Assembly (NCBI GenBank): GCA_964458565.1 | Contig: CAYWJO010000001.1 | Coordinates: 191,160-255,159, forward strand | Length of the DNA stretch: 64,000 nt | Reading direction: 5' to 3' | Origin: an uncultured archaeon | Lineage (GTDB): Archaea > Asgardarchaeota > Thorarchaeia > Thorarchaeales > Thorarchaeaceae | In this document: positions 20,528 to 31,057 of the stretch, one piece after another | Numbering within the stretch: position 1 is the stretch's first letter | Layout: each line of letters begins with the position of its first letter | Position numbers and translations under genes: made by a program | The notes under the pieces: model-generated | Told to the model about the DNA's origin: nothing | Databases searched by the model: none | Seen by the model: the letters and a program-made list of their open reading frames with translations, nothing else

Positions 20528-21562
20528 TTGGAACTGTTCCTTCTCATCTTAATCCTATTTGTAGGTTTCATTGTAGCATTTGCTATCGGAGGTAATGATG
20601 AAGCCATGGCCCCTGCAGTGGGGGCAAGAGTGTTTACAATAACTATGGCTGTTGTTATTGGTGGAATTGCTAGTATAATTGGTGCTTTAACCCTTGGAAG
20701 AGGGGTTTCTGAAAAAGTAGGTTCGGAAATGGTAGGCGGTAATCAGTTGACAACCGCCATGGTATTCGCCGCTCTCATTTCTATGGCAATATGGTTGCTA
20801 ATAGCCTCAGTTACAAAGGGACTACCAATAAGTACGACCCAATGTATTGTGGGCGCTGTAGTGGGGGTTGTACTTGTCGCCCCATTTATAGGATTGGCAG
20901 GTTGGGGAGCTGAAACTATTTCTTGGTTAGTTATATTGGAGATATTTGTTGGATGGATTATATCTCCAATAATCGGTTTCATCGGAGCCGCTTTAATATT
21001 CCAACTTGTGCGACTTCTTCAAAGGCGAGCTCCTGGTCTTGACGCTCGTGAGAAACAGGAGAGAGTAGCAGCTTATGCACTTGCAGCTTTCCTAATATTC
21101 ACCAGCCTCAGTCGAGGTGGTAATGATGTTGCTAATGCGGTAGCTCCACTCATAGTCCTACCTGAGTTCCAAGGATCCTTCATGATAGGTCCATTCTTGA
21201 TTGACAATGTTATCATTCCTCTGCTAGTGGGAGGAGTAGGAATGGCACTTGGTTTGATTGTTGTTGGTAGAAAGGTGATTCAAACATTAGCTACAGAAGT
21301 GACAACATTAACACCAACAACTGCTCTCGCAGCTAGTATTTCGGTATCTCTTGTAATGTTTGTGGGAACGTATATGGGTCTGCCATTAAGTGGAACGCAT
21401 GTACTTGTGGCAGCTCTAATCGCTGTGGGATGGATAACTCAAGAACCAATCAAGATGAAACAGGTGAGAGATATCATTCTTAGCTGGGTTGTTACAGTCC
21501 CAATCTCTGCTATTTTCGGAGCAATTGTGTTAGTAATCATAAACCCATTTTTCCTAAATTAG
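20528..21562 (+). CDS. pit: inorganic phosphate transporter, PiT family
   Basis: GGND, GLPISTTQ, GGNDVANA, GLPLSGTH. Confidence 0.9.
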   Translation: MELFLLILILFVGFIVAFAIGGNDEAMAPAVGARVFTITMAVVIGGIASIIGALTLGRGVSEKVGSEMVGGNQLTTAMVFAALISMAIWLLIASVTKGLPISTTQCIVGAVVGVVLVAPFIGLAGWGAETISWLVILEIFVGWIISPIIGFIGAALIFQLVRLLQRRAPGLDAREKQERVAAYALAAFLIFTSLSRGGNDVANAVAPLIVLPEFQGSFMIGPFLIDNVIIPLLVGGVGMALGLIVVGRKVIQTLATEVTTLTPTTALAASISVSLVMFVGTYMGLPLSGTHVLVAALIAVGWITQEPIKMKQVRDIILSWVVTVPISAIFGAIVLVIINPFFLN

Positions 21563-21584
21563 GAACCAATTCAAAAATTGCAGA

Positions 21585-22382
21585 TTATTTGACCCAATCT
21601 GGAACTTGATGGATAATAATATGGTCCTTTGCTAGAGTAGCAAGTTGCTCTGCTTCTTCTCGTGACAAGTGTGCTCGTGTATCTGACTCCGGAATCGTTC
21701 GGTATGTTGACTCTATAAGAGCAAGATCAGCAGATTCCACGATATTTTCAAGATTGGCACACATTCTGGTATCACCCGTGTATGCTACTATTGTATCACC
21801 AATAGTTACTCTATACCCAAGTGCAGGCTGCCAGACAATATCACTCGTTGGCACATCTGAATCAAAATGTTCAACTTCGAATCCCTTCACTCTGAAAAAA
21901 TCTGCATTAAATTCCACACCATCTTTCATTTCATGACACCGGATATCAAAAGGGATTGTGGACGGATGAAATTCACGAAACGATTCAATAATCCCCAACA
22001 CTTCGATACTACCTTGAGGCATAATGATATCGAGGGGGGATTTACGATGCAGCATACGGAGAAACCCAAGAAGCGAGTATAATCCGCCCATATGATCGAA
22101 GTGTCCATGTGTGATTGCAATCAGTGTAAGGTCCTCAACAGATGAATTCGGAAGCTGTTGGAATAAATCACGTGTTGTACCATCACCCACATCAAGAAGC
22201 ATCTTCTTACCTGTGAATTTGCTTTCAATCACAATCATAGTACCAACACCTGCCACACTGAAGGGTACGGTTACAATCGTTTCGTCATTTGCCCAATTGG
22301 ATGAGTACTCATTTTTAGAACTAGTCATAAACTGCACCTTCACTGTATGTGATGATTTTGTTTCAATAATTCGCCTTTTCAT
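21585..22382 (-). CDS. MBL-fold hydrolase, RNase Z-like
   Basis: LLDVGDG, ITHGHFDHMGG, AYTGDT, ESTY; start probably downstream of the ORF-track start. Confidence 0.8.
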   Translation of the reverse strand: MKRRIIETKSSHTVKVQFMTSSKNEYSSNWANDETIVTVPFSVAGVGTMIVIESKFTGKKMLLDVGDGTTRDLFQQLPNSSVEDLTLIAITHGHFDHMGGLYSLLGFLRMLHRKSPLDIIMPQGSIEVLGIIESFREFHPSTIPFDIRCHEMKDGVEFNADFFRVKGFEVEHFDSDVPTSDIVWQPALGYRVTIGDTIVAYTGDTRMCANLENIVESADLALIESTYRTIPESDTRAHLSREEAEQLATLAKDHIIIHQVPDWVK

Positions 22383-22443
22383 AAAAAATCATTGGAAAAA
22401 GAAAGGATTGTGCGGCAAAAATTCATAGCCGCACATCATGGGA

Positions 22444-23733
22444 CTAGTCATAACCCAACTTGGGTACACGAGCAAGCCAGTTCATGAGATATCCAATTAG
22501 AACTGATACTACCAGTCCAGCTGCAGTTATTAGAAGAACATCGATTAAAGATGGAGTCTGTCCACCTATAAGCTGCATCCAACTGAAGTATGTAGCTGAT
22601 AAGGTCATACCAGAGAATGCAACCTTCTTGAGCGGAATTTTCACGGTCTTAGTCTGGAAAACATCCATGTCAACCAGTGCTGCTGCTAATGCTCCTCCTT
22701 TGTCTGGTTTTAATTTTAGCTGCTTCGAGAATTTCCCAACAGTCACCTTGGACTTGGGTTTGACAACCTGAAGTGCTTTTGGCGCAAACTGTGCTATGTC
22801 TTCAGAGAAATAGGCCACAGCGGCATCTTTACTTATATTGCATTTTGAGCATTGAGGTGCACCTGATTTCCAGTTCTTACCACATTTAGGACATTTTTTA
22901 GCATCCCAAGACTGCCTTGCAGCAGTTTCCACTCTCTTTAACAATTCATCTTTGCTTATCGTTTCACTCTCACTCTTCTTCTTTGGTTTTCTTCTCAAAA
23001 CCGCTTCTGGTGGAAGGATACCAACGTCCGAACCTCTTTTCGCACCACGCATCTTTCTAGCCGCAAAAATACCTCTCTGGAACTCGTCAAGAGAAAGCAA
23101 TAGTGAGAACACTGCCATTACTGTAAATCCCACTGTGATTAGACCAGGAATTGTTGTGAGTGCAGCTGTCCCCTGAGGACCAAGTAAAACCACGAAATCC
23201 TCTGAAACAACGGTACTATTTGTGAATCCTTCCAAGGTGTAGTTGAATGAGAAAATTCCTGTTAGAGAACCACCGAGCATCCCTAAACCACCAGTGTCAA
23301 GGAAAGCACTCAGATCAAGAGCCTGGGATTGGTTGAACGATTGTCCTGCAAGGAAATCAGCCCCAATTGGATACTCTTGAACAGGAAACGGGAATCCCAT
23401 GTATATCAATTGAAATGAAATAGATGAGAGATGGAGATTATTTGCAGCCTCAACTTCAAAATAGAAATCAGGACTTGTCAAAATTGGAATAGGGTCTGTA
23501 ACCCCAACAACTGATTCATTGTTGAGTTCCATCTTAATGTAGAGGTTTTCATCCCCACCCCATCCGGGTGGTTGTGCATGAACAGGGGCAATATAAGGAG
23601 CCCATAGAATACAAGTGATTAATGTAATAACAATGAAATGAGTTAGCGTCTTTCGCATTCTTATCCCTCTGAAATCATTCGATTGACAGCAATACTCGAA
23701 GGTACTTATGAATGCTTTTGGAGACAATACCAT
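22444..23733 (-). CDS. membrane protein with extracellular domain and cytoplasmic zinc ribbon
   Basis: signal-like segment, TM, CPKC...CSKC, two C-terminal TMs. Confidence 0.7.
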   Translation of the reverse strand: MVLSPKAFISTFEYCCQSNDFRGIRMRKTLTHFIVITLITCILWAPYIAPVHAQPPGWGGDENLYIKMELNNESVVGVTDPIPILTSPDFYFEVEAANNLHLSSISFQLIYMGFPFPVQEYPIGADFLAGQSFNQSQALDLSAFLDTGGLGMLGGSLTGIFSFNYTLEGFTNSTVVSEDFVVLLGPQGTAALTTIPGLITVGFTVMAVFSLLLSLDEFQRGIFAARKMRGAKRGSDVGILPPEAVLRRKPKKKSESETISKDELLKRVETAARQSWDAKKCPKCGKNWKSGAPQCSKCNISKDAAVAYFSEDIAQFAPKALQVVKPKSKVTVGKFSKQLKLKPDKGGALAAALVDMDVFQTKTVKIPLKKVAFSGMTLSATYFSWMQLIGGQTPSLIDVLLITAAGLVVSVLIGYLMNWLARVPKLGYD

Positions 23734-23744
23734 TCATGAAATCA

Positions 23745-24110
23745 CTATTCAGAATCCATAAAGCTTTTCAACTGACGTTCAAATTCCTTTTCTTCTTCCT
23801 CTGGATCAAAAAGGATGTGTGACTTCTTGGAAGTCTTTTGAATAGGGGCCCAGTTGATAATTTCACCAAAGATAATACCAGCAGTATTGGCGATGATAGC
23901 AAGAAGGATACCATAGTCACCGGGATCAACGATTGCAACCAACATCAATGAAATGATTATGCCTCCAATAACACCTACAACAAGACCTAGTCCAATACGG
24001 TCAATCAATCTAAGACTTCTCGTACCTCCAATCAGGTACCCTAGCATTATTCCCAGGAATATTCCGGGTAATGCATATACTATTAGTTGCCAGTAATCTA
24101 GGCCTTGCAT
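23745..24110 (-). CDS. small membrane protein
   Basis: three Gly-rich TM helices and a charged tail. Confidence 0.65.
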   Translation of the reverse strand: MQGLDYWQLIVYALPGIFLGIMLGYLIGGTRSLRLIDRIGLGLVVGVIGGIIISLMLVAIVDPGDYGILLAIIANTAGIIFGEIINWAPIQKTSKKSHILFDPEEEEKEFERQLKSFMDSE

Positions 24111-24166
24111 AGGTAGACCTCGTTGATACTTGGAATATAATCAGAATTCAAGCTATTTTAATTTGA

Positions 24167-24715
24167 TTACCAATTATTCCAGTGAACGATTTCATCAAGT
24201 GGTTTTCGCGGAGTTCTGGTCTTCTCTCGTTCTTGGTTTCTCTCTGAGAGAAAAGTGGGTTCGCCTTCAAATTCGTAACCGAAGAAAACCACGGTGCCGA
24301 TTCGGAAATCAGATGGAATGCCAGTTATACCCCTAAGTTTTTCTTCATCCCATCCCGCAGTAGGATGACCCATGAGTCCAACATGAACTGCTTGAAGTAA
24401 CATATTCTGAACAGATAATCCAACATCCATCATGAAATAAGGTAGTCCATGAGAGGGACAACCTCCATCTGGATGAGCTGCCACAATAATCATCACTGGG
24501 GCACGCTCAGCCCAAGCATTACCCCCTGACATTGCTTCATTAGCTTTCTTGCGCGTTTCAGAGTCCTTTATGACAATAAAATGCCACGCTTGCGTATTTC
24601 CACATGATGGTGCACGTCGACCTGCCTCAAGAATTGTTTGAAGAAGGTCATCGGGGATCTCTTTAGTATCATAAGCTCTACCGCTACGTCTTTTTTCGAC
24701 AACATCTAGTAACAA
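24167..24715 (-). CDS. nitroreductase family protein
   Basis: RRSGRAY, APSCGNTQAWHF, DVGLSVQNMLLQA. Confidence 0.9.
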   Translation of the reverse strand: MLLDVVEKRRSGRAYDTKEIPDDLLQTILEAGRRAPSCGNTQAWHFIVIKDSETRKKANEAMSGGNAWAERAPVMIIVAAHPDGGCPSHGLPYFMMDVGLSVQNMLLQAVHVGLMGHPTAGWDEEKLRGITGIPSDFRIGTVVFFGYEFEGEPTFLSERNQEREKTRTPRKPLDEIVHWNNW

Positions 24716-24743
24716 TGAGTTTCCTCCAAAATACAGTCCTTTG

Positions 24744-24911
24744 TTATGTTTCTACCCTCATAACTGCTCCGCAGTGTTCAGGAATGTCCTGAAAACCACA
24801 CCCCTTCCCCATCCAACAGACAAGTTGTGTGCCTTCTTGATGCATCTCTTTTCCACAATGAACAGGTATGGGAGTCTCGTGATTACACTTGATACAAACT
24901 AATTTTGCCAT
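24744..24911 (-). CDS. 55-aa tandem Cys/His metal-binding protein (desulforedoxin/zinc-ribbon-like), absent from the ORF track
   Basis: manual translation MAKLVCIKCNHETPIPVHCGKEMHQEGTQLVCWMGKGCGFQDIPEHCGAVMRVET; AAGGAG upstream; co-oriented with neighbours. Confidence 0.75.
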   Translation of the reverse strand: MAKLVCIKCNHETPIPVHCGKEMHQEGTQLVCWMGKGCGFQDIPEHCGAVMRVET

Positions 24912-24980
24912 GTATTTTCTCTCCTTATTCCAACAATAATTGTAATTAACTATATTTAATAATTCCGTTCTGGGATATAT

Positions 24981-26240
24981 TTATGATTTCATGTATTTTG
25001 CAGGATCTTCACTGAAAATCTTCTCTGAGGTCTTATGGGCACCGGGTGTATCCAATTCAACATCACGCTTGTCCGACCCATCATCCGAGAGCATTTCTGT
25101 GAAGACCTCATTCTGAATTATTAGACGCTGAACCTCGTTGCTTCCAGTCCATATCGTTGCAAGTCTTGCATCCCTGAATAGGCGTTCAATTGGATAAACA
25201 TCTGTATAACCAATTCCACCAAGGATTTGCATTGCCTCGCTGACAACTTGAAGACCTGCTTCTGTGCAGAACACTTTGGCCTGAGATACTTCTTTTCTAC
25301 ACCAGGCACCGGTGTCTGCAACCTTTGCAGCTCTATACACAATGCCTCTGCTGGCATCAAGAAGTGTAGCACAGTCCGCAACTTTGAAGCTTATTCCTTC
25401 AAATCGTCTTATGGGGCGTCCGAATGCCTCTCTCTTGTCAGCGTATCGTACTGCTATCTCAAGTGCTGCTCGACCCATCCCAATCGGGCCTGCTGCTGAT
25501 GTAAGACGTTCTGGAACCATCATCGCGTTAAATACATCGTTACCTTCATGCAGTTCACCGACTAATCTCTCGGAAGACACTTCTAAGTCCTTGAATACAA
25601 TTCTTGCAGCCCCCATTCCTCTACAACCCATAAGCTCATACTCTTCCTCTACCTTCACACCATCATCACGTTCAACCAGGAAAGCACTCAGGGATTTGTG
25701 TGGTGGACCATCAAAGCCAGTCTTTGCATAGACTAAGAAATAATCTGCACCGATGCCCCCTGCAACAAATCGTTTTTCGCCATTGATTATAAATGAGTCA
25801 CCCTCTCCTATTGCGGTTGTGTTTGTTCCAAAGAAATCAGACCCACCTCTGGGTTCAGTAAGTCCTTCTCCACATATTTTCTCTCCTTTTAGAGTAGGGA
25901 GGAGATACTTCTTTTTCTGTGCTTCACTCCCATACTTGTTGATACCTTCACCGACTATACTTGGAAGCGAGTATGCACACCCCAGTGCTATACCAAGAAC
26001 CCCAATCTCTTCAATGGCAAGCATCTCAGAAACCCACCCAAGATCTCGACCTCCATATTCCCTGGGAAAACGCAATCCAAGTAAGTTTGATTCTCCTGCA
26101 GCCCTCACAAATTCATATGGATATTCCTTTTCTTTTCCATCCATTTTAATGAGAAGTGAAGGGTCTACTTTGTTTTTTACAAAAGCCCTTATTTCATCAC
26201 GAAGTTGTTTCTCTTCGTCAGTGAGTATAACATCAAACAA
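24981..26240 (-). CDS. acyl-CoA dehydrogenase
   Basis: LTEPRGGSD, INGEKRF, REAFGRPI, MQILGGIGY, ERLFRDARL..IWTGSNEVQR. Confidence 0.93.
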   Translation of the reverse strand: MFDVILTDEEKQLRDEIRAFVKNKVDPSLLIKMDGKEKEYPYEFVRAAGESNLLGLRFPREYGGRDLGWVSEMLAIEEIGVLGIALGCAYSLPSIVGEGINKYGSEAQKKKYLLPTLKGEKICGEGLTEPRGGSDFFGTNTTAIGEGDSFIINGEKRFVAGGIGADYFLVYAKTGFDGPPHKSLSAFLVERDDGVKVEEEYELMGCRGMGAARIVFKDLEVSSERLVGELHEGNDVFNAMMVPERLTSAAGPIGMGRAALEIAVRYADKREAFGRPIRRFEGISFKVADCATLLDASRGIVYRAAKVADTGAWCRKEVSQAKVFCTEAGLQVVSEAMQILGGIGYTDVYPIERLFRDARLATIWTGSNEVQRLIIQNEVFTEMLSDDGSDKRDVELDTPGAHKTSEKIFSEDPAKYMKS

Positions 26241-26307
26241 TTACCTAACCTCAAGGAAAAAATGATGAACCCATGTAAAGAGTCTTACGAGAACTGCGAA
26301 AGGTGCT

Positions 26308-26691
26308 CTAACCAAGTAAGGAGTCAAGTGTTTCCTCTGATCCTCCAGACCTAACAACATGAAGTGCTTCAGTTGGGCAAACTAATTCGCAAGCTAAACA
26401 AAGAATACATTCACTCTCTCGTACCGGGTCGACAATTCGTGATTTATTATGTAGGTAAGGTGCAAAGACCTTTGTTGGACATACGCTGACACATTTCATA
26501 CATCCATTACATAATTCGAAGTCCACTCCAACCGTGGTCCCGTGAATTATGTGGCTTCCTTTCATCCAGATGTCATGATCGCGATGAGTCCCAGTTTTTG
26601 ACCATCTTGATCGATATTCCTTATCGATAGGCACATTTTTGCAACTGTATTTCTGATTTATAGAATCTTTGCTATTCTGGTTTGAAATCAC
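26308..26691 (-). CDS. 2x[4Fe-4S] ferredoxin-like protein
   Basis: CNGCMKCVSVCP and CILCLACELVCP. Confidence 0.85.
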   Translation of the reverse strand: MISNQNSKDSINQKYSCKNVPIDKEYRSRWSKTGTHRDHDIWMKGSHIIHGTTVGVDFELCNGCMKCVSVCPTKVFAPYLHNKSRIVDPVRESECILCLACELVCPTEALHVVRSGGSEETLDSLLG

Positions 26692-27121
26692 CTAAACGAT
26701 TCTCACCCTCAAACTTTTGTAATGGAGTGAGATTAATAGTTGTTTCGAGCACTCCGAGATAATTATCGTTATCATCCCGAATTGCAATGTATCTTATGAG
26801 AAGCTTACGCGGTTCATCTCCATCGGGAAGATTCATCCAGAAATCAATATGGTCTTTTTTCCCGCTACGAAGTGCATCAATGACCTGTTCCACCTTATCA
26901 ATACTATCACCAGGATGACAGAGTTTCACATTCCTTCCTAGAACAGCGGGACCCCGTTTAAATATCCGAACTCCATGCCTATTCCAAAAAAGTACTTTAT
27001 CATCAGCATCGATAATTGAAAACTCGATAGGCATAAAATCAAGAACTGTGGACAGAAAATCAACATTCATCCCTTTAAGACGGTCCAAGAGAAATTCATT
27101 CTTCAAATTATTCAGCTCCAT
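26672..27121 (-). CDS. stand-alone PAS-domain protein
   Basis: LDFMPIEFSIIDADDKV.FWN...IFKR...LGRNV..CHP; YIAIRD....YLGVLE. Confidence 0.8.
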   Translation of the reverse strand: MELNNLKNEFLLDRLKGMNVDFLSTVLDFMPIEFSIIDADDKVLFWNRHGVRIFKRGPAVLGRNVKLCHPGDSIDKVEQVIDALRSGKKDHIDFWMNLPDGDEPRKLLIRYIAIRDDNDNYLGVLETTINLTPLQKFEGENRLGDFKPE

Positions 27122-27265
27122 TGTAATACTAGATAAATGGAGAACTAGTTAATCGTTTTGTAAACTGTTTATTTCAGTTGACGGAACAGTATAATCCGCT
27201 TCCGATAGATTAATTCCGAACGTGGAGGCTTCCAGCAAGAGCCATCCTCTCAGGGAGCAGATTAC

Positions 27266-28636
27266 ATGTCCATAATTGTAGAAGGTTGCAAGCCTACCGA
27301 ATGTCAGATGGAGTGTATACTTGCATGTCAAAGAATTCATGAAGAAGATGCTCCTCTTTCATTTGATGAAAGAACAAAGAGACCCATAATTCAAAATGGT
27401 TCATGTACACAGTGCCTTGGATGTATTCGAGCGTGCCCATTTGATGCTATAAGGCTTCATCAAATTCCAGAAAGTAGCGTTACTAAACGAGAAGAGAGAA
27501 CCTTTGTACAATCGTCAGAGAAACCCTACAATGTGCATGCATCATATCAACCAATATCGGAACGTAACATCATTTTTGCGAGAGTGCATTATGACTCCGA
27601 TTTCTCAAACTATGGGAAGTATATATATTCAAAAGGGCCTGAAATGGTAGAAAAAGGGATTCCAGGTTACACGAGATTTGAGTTCGAATTGGGTCAAGCT
27701 GCTTGGAAACTCTATACTAATCGTTATCTTTTAAATCAGGATGTCCAGGATCGAGACCTTGAAACAATATCCAAGACATGGAAGGGACGCGCAAACAGGA
27801 GTACCCTAACAAAGTTAGTGAAACGAGCTGCAAGGTTTTTTGGAGCGAGTCTAGTAGGAATTGCAGATCTTGACCTTCGATGGTTATACACAGCCAATAG
27901 ACAAGAGGAGCCATATGATATCCCTGAATCTGTGAATCGTGCAATTGTGATTGCAGTAGAGATGGATTACGATGATATTAGTACATCACCTGCAATGCTG
28001 AGTTCTTCTGCATCAGTCCGTGGTTATTCTCAAATGGCATACATTGAGATTGAACTAGCTGCGTATATCGAACGACTCGGGTACAAGGCAATAACGTGTG
28101 GTAATGAAGTTGCCCTTAGTGTCCCGCTTGCCATAGATGCGGGCCTTGGTCAATACGGAAGACATGGCCTTTTAATAACAAAGGAGTTTGGTCCAAGAGT
28201 CCGGATTGCCAAGATATTAACTGATATGCCACTCTTAATAGATCAAGTAGACAACAAGTTTTGTGAATCAGTCATTCGGTTCTGTGAAACCTGTGAGAAA
28301 TGTGCATCCACATGTCCCTCACAATCAATACCCTATGGACGGGAAAGAACATGGGATGGGACATCAATATCAAATAATCCTGGAATCGAAAAATGGTATG
28401 TTGATGTCGAATCGTGCTATGAGTTTTGGGTTGAAAACGGTGGTGATTGTTCAAATTGCATACGTTCCTGTCCATACAATAAGCGTAATGACTTCTTCAC
28501 AAGGAAACTACATAGTATGATACTCTGGTTTACGCAGAATCTCCCATTCATGAATCGTTTAATCGTGAAATTCGATGATATCATGGGGTTTGGAAGACAG
28601 CGAAACTCCGCAAAGCTATGGAAAAAGTACGACTAG
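27266..28636 (+). CDS. reductive dehalogenase-like (RdhA/QueG superfamily) protein with extra N-terminal ferredoxin
   Basis: KRAARFFGASLVGI, AIDAGLGQYGRHGLLITKEFGPRVR, FCETCEKCASTCP, CSNCIRSCPY; N-terminal CTQCLGCIRACP. Confidence 0.85.
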   Translation: MSIIVEGCKPTECQMECILACQRIHEEDAPLSFDERTKRPIIQNGSCTQCLGCIRACPFDAIRLHQIPESSVTKREERTFVQSSEKPYNVHASYQPISERNIIFARVHYDSDFSNYGKYIYSKGPEMVEKGIPGYTRFEFELGQAAWKLYTNRYLLNQDVQDRDLETISKTWKGRANRSTLTKLVKRAARFFGASLVGIADLDLRWLYTANRQEEPYDIPESVNRAIVIAVEMDYDDISTSPAMLSSSASVRGYSQMAYIEIELAAYIERLGYKAITCGNEVALSVPLAIDAGLGQYGRHGLLITKEFGPRVRIAKILTDMPLLIDQVDNKFCESVIRFCETCEKCASTCPSQSIPYGRERTWDGTSISNNPGIEKWYVDVESCYEFWVENGGDCSNCIRSCPYNKRNDFFTRKLHSMILWFTQNLPFMNRLIVKFDDIMGFGRQRNSAKLWKKYD

Positions 28637-29298
28637 CCCATAGGTTTCGTGCACATGGGTCCGTCATTACGAGGATTATTGACATAGGTGGAAACCTCAA
28701 AAGCTTCAAGAGAGTTGTCAGTGGAAGGAACAAGTAAAGATTGAAGCACATCTATATTATCAATTGAGGGGTCTAACCACGTTTTCTCATCTTCAGCACG
28801 AAGAATGACTGGCATCCTATTATGAATAGGTTTCATCATATCGTTGGGAGTTGTTGTCACAATGGAGCAACTAAGGATAATAGTATCGGAAGGAGACTTC
28901 CAATGACTGTAAATTCCTCCGAAAGCAAAGGGTATGTTAGTTTCCATTCGAATATGCATTGGTACTTTCTTATCTTCTCCACTCATCCACTCGTAGAAGC
29001 CGGTAGTTGGAATCAAGCATCGCTTCTTCAAAAAGGCATGTTTGTATATACGCTTTTCAGCTATTGTTTCGGCCCGAGCGTTAATCATCTTATTTCCTAT
29101 TTTCATATCTTTAGCCCAGAATGGTATGAACCCCCATCGCATTCCTACAAGTTTTATGATGGGATCTTTAACAATTACTGCAATTTTCTGTGTAGGAGCA
29201 ATATTGTATCGGGGAGTTACGCCAAATTCAAACTCCTCAATACCGAAACGTTCTCTGAGAAGTTCTTGATGAGCTAATAAAGAGAAGCGGCCGCACAT
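28633..29298 (-). CDS. SRAP/HMCES (YedK-like) abasic-site protection protein
   Basis: MCGRF N-terminus, RYNIAPTQ, INARAET, GFYEW, IHNRMPVIL. Confidence 0.93.
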   Translation of the reverse strand: MCGRFSLLAHQELLRERFGIEEFEFGVTPRYNIAPTQKIAVIVKDPIIKLVGMRWGFIPFWAKDMKIGNKMINARAETIAEKRIYKHAFLKKRCLIPTTGFYEWMSGEDKKVPMHIRMETNIPFAFGGIYSHWKSPSDTIILSCSIVTTTPNDMMKPIHNRMPVILRAEDEKTWLDPSIDNIDVLQSLLVPSTDNSLEAFEVSTYVNNPRNDGPMCTKPMG

Positions 29299-29385
29299 AA
29301 TCTACAATCTATTTCTAGAAGTAAAAAACTTGAGATAGGGGTTGCTATTATGCTATATACAGATAGAAAATAGAGGATAGTATCA

Positions 29386-30207
29386 TTGAGTTCTATGCGA
29401 GAAGGGGTTTTCATTGGAACTTGCGGCTGGTCATATCAGGAATGGCGAGGAATGCTCTACTCCTCTACAAAGAATCTCCTAGAACAGTACCTCAACTATT
29501 TTGATACCGCAGAAATCAATACTACATTCTACGGAACGCTAGGATATGCGTCAATTGAGAAATTCAAACGCCTTCTAAGGAAAGGCCAATTTTATTCTGC
29601 TAAGATGCCACACCAGATAACGCATGTCCATAAGTTGAATATGAACTCAGATGCGAGAATTATCCTATTTGATTTCCTGGAAAAGGCAAAGCCAATGTTA
29701 CCAGATCTAAAAGTAATTCTGCTACAATTACCACCTTGGGATATTGAGAAATTCGGAGATCTTGAATCAATTCTAGCATTGTTAGATGATGATTTTCGCT
29801 ATGCGGTGGAATTCAGACATCACAGCTGGCTATCAGATAGAGTGTATAGGTTGTTGGAAGATTACAATGCGGCATATGTAATTGTAGATGAACCTGTACT
29901 ACCCATTGACCTACGCATAACTACTGATTTCACATACATTCGTTGGCATGGACATGGTACAAATCCTTGGTACAATTGGAGATACTCCGATCAATCACTA
30001 AAGGAGTGGAAAACCAGACTCGAGATGATACATGATAGAGTAGGCACCATTTTGGGCTATTTCAACAATCACTTTTTTGGATATGGCCCAACAAATGCGC
30101 TTCAAATTCTAGACAAGCTCAATCTAACAACAATCCAACAGAAAGAGAAACTCGAGAGAATGCTGCAACAACTTGATATTGAACAGACATCATTGGATGA
30201 GTTCTGA
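29386..30207 (+). CDS. DUF72 (YecE-like) protein
   Basis: IGTCGWSY, EINTTFY, LLQLPP, AVEFRHHSW, YIRWHG, YFNNH. Confidence 0.9.
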   Translation: MSSMREGVFIGTCGWSYQEWRGMLYSSTKNLLEQYLNYFDTAEINTTFYGTLGYASIEKFKRLLRKGQFYSAKMPHQITHVHKLNMNSDARIILFDFLEKAKPMLPDLKVILLQLPPWDIEKFGDLESILALLDDDFRYAVEFRHHSWLSDRVYRLLEDYNAAYVIVDEPVLPIDLRITTDFTYIRWHGHGTNPWYNWRYSDQSLKEWKTRLEMIHDRVGTILGYFNNHFFGYGPTNALQILDKLNLTTIQQKEKLERMLQQLDIEQTSLDEF

Positions 30208-30220
30208 TTGATTACACTTA

Positions 30221-31057
30221 TTGGAAACAAGAATGAAGTACTTGAAGGGATTAATGGTGAATACAGGACTAAAAGATAGACATGTGGTGATAACAGGTGC
30301 GGCAGGTGGCATTGGGACAGAAATTGTCAAGCAGTTTCTTAGCGAGGAATGTCAAATTACAGCGGCTTATAATACATCTAAAGGTGAGCTTGAACATCTC
30401 AGTGAAAACTACTCTGAAAAGATAGCTCTCTGTAAAACAGATGTGACAAAAGAAGTCGAGGTGAAAAATCTCTTTGCATTTGCAAATTCGAAGCACCAAC
30501 GCGTTGACATTCTGGTATCTAATGCAGGGATAGCAAATCCACTAGTCAATATTGAAGATATGACATTGAATCAATGGAATAAAACGATAACAACAAACCT
30601 TACAGGGGCATTCTTATGCTCAAAATATTTCTTTCAAAATTTGGAGAGGTATCCAGAAGATTATGCATCTCTGGTATTCATAGGTTCTACTGCGGGAGTA
30701 TTTGGTGAGGCTGGATTCTGCGACTATGCTACCTCAAAAGCAGGAATGTTTGGACTTATGATGAGTCTGAAGAACGAGATTATTCGAATAGCGTCAAGAG
30801 GCCGTGTCAATATTGTAAATCCGGGTTGGACATTGACACCAATGGCAGAGGAAATTGCTAAGGATGAAAATAAGATGAAACGGATTCTTCAAACAATCCC
30901 AATGAAGAAAATTGCAATACCGGAAGATATTGCATCAGTTGTGATGTTCTTATGTTCAGACAGATTGGCAGGTCATGTCAGTGGCCAGGCAATAACTGTA
31001 GCCGGTGGCATGGAGGGTCGTGTTCTCTACAGTAAGGATGAAATTTTCATGGAATAA
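30221..31057 (+). CDS. short-chain dehydrogenase/reductase
   Basis: ITGAAGGIG, NAG, YATSK, NPGWTLTPM. Confidence 0.9.
   Translation: METRMKYLKGLMVNTGLKDRHVVITGAAGGIGTEIVKQFLSEECQITAAYNTSKGELEHLSENYSEKIALCKTDVTKEVEVKNLFAFANSKHQRVDILVSNAGIANPLVNIEDMTLNQWNKTITTNLTGAFLCSKYFFQNLERYPEDYASLVFIGSTAGVFGEAGFCDYATSKAGMFGLMMSLKNEIIRIASRGRVNIVNPGWTLTPMAEEIAKDENKMKRILQTIPMKKIAIPEDIASVVMFLCSDRLAGHVSGQAITVAGGMEGRVLYSKDEIFME

Noticed and set aside
28633-30207. SRAP and DUF72 as a mutagenesis cassette
   Set aside because: No error-prone polymerase or ImuA/B-like gene is nearby; adjacency alone is insufficient.
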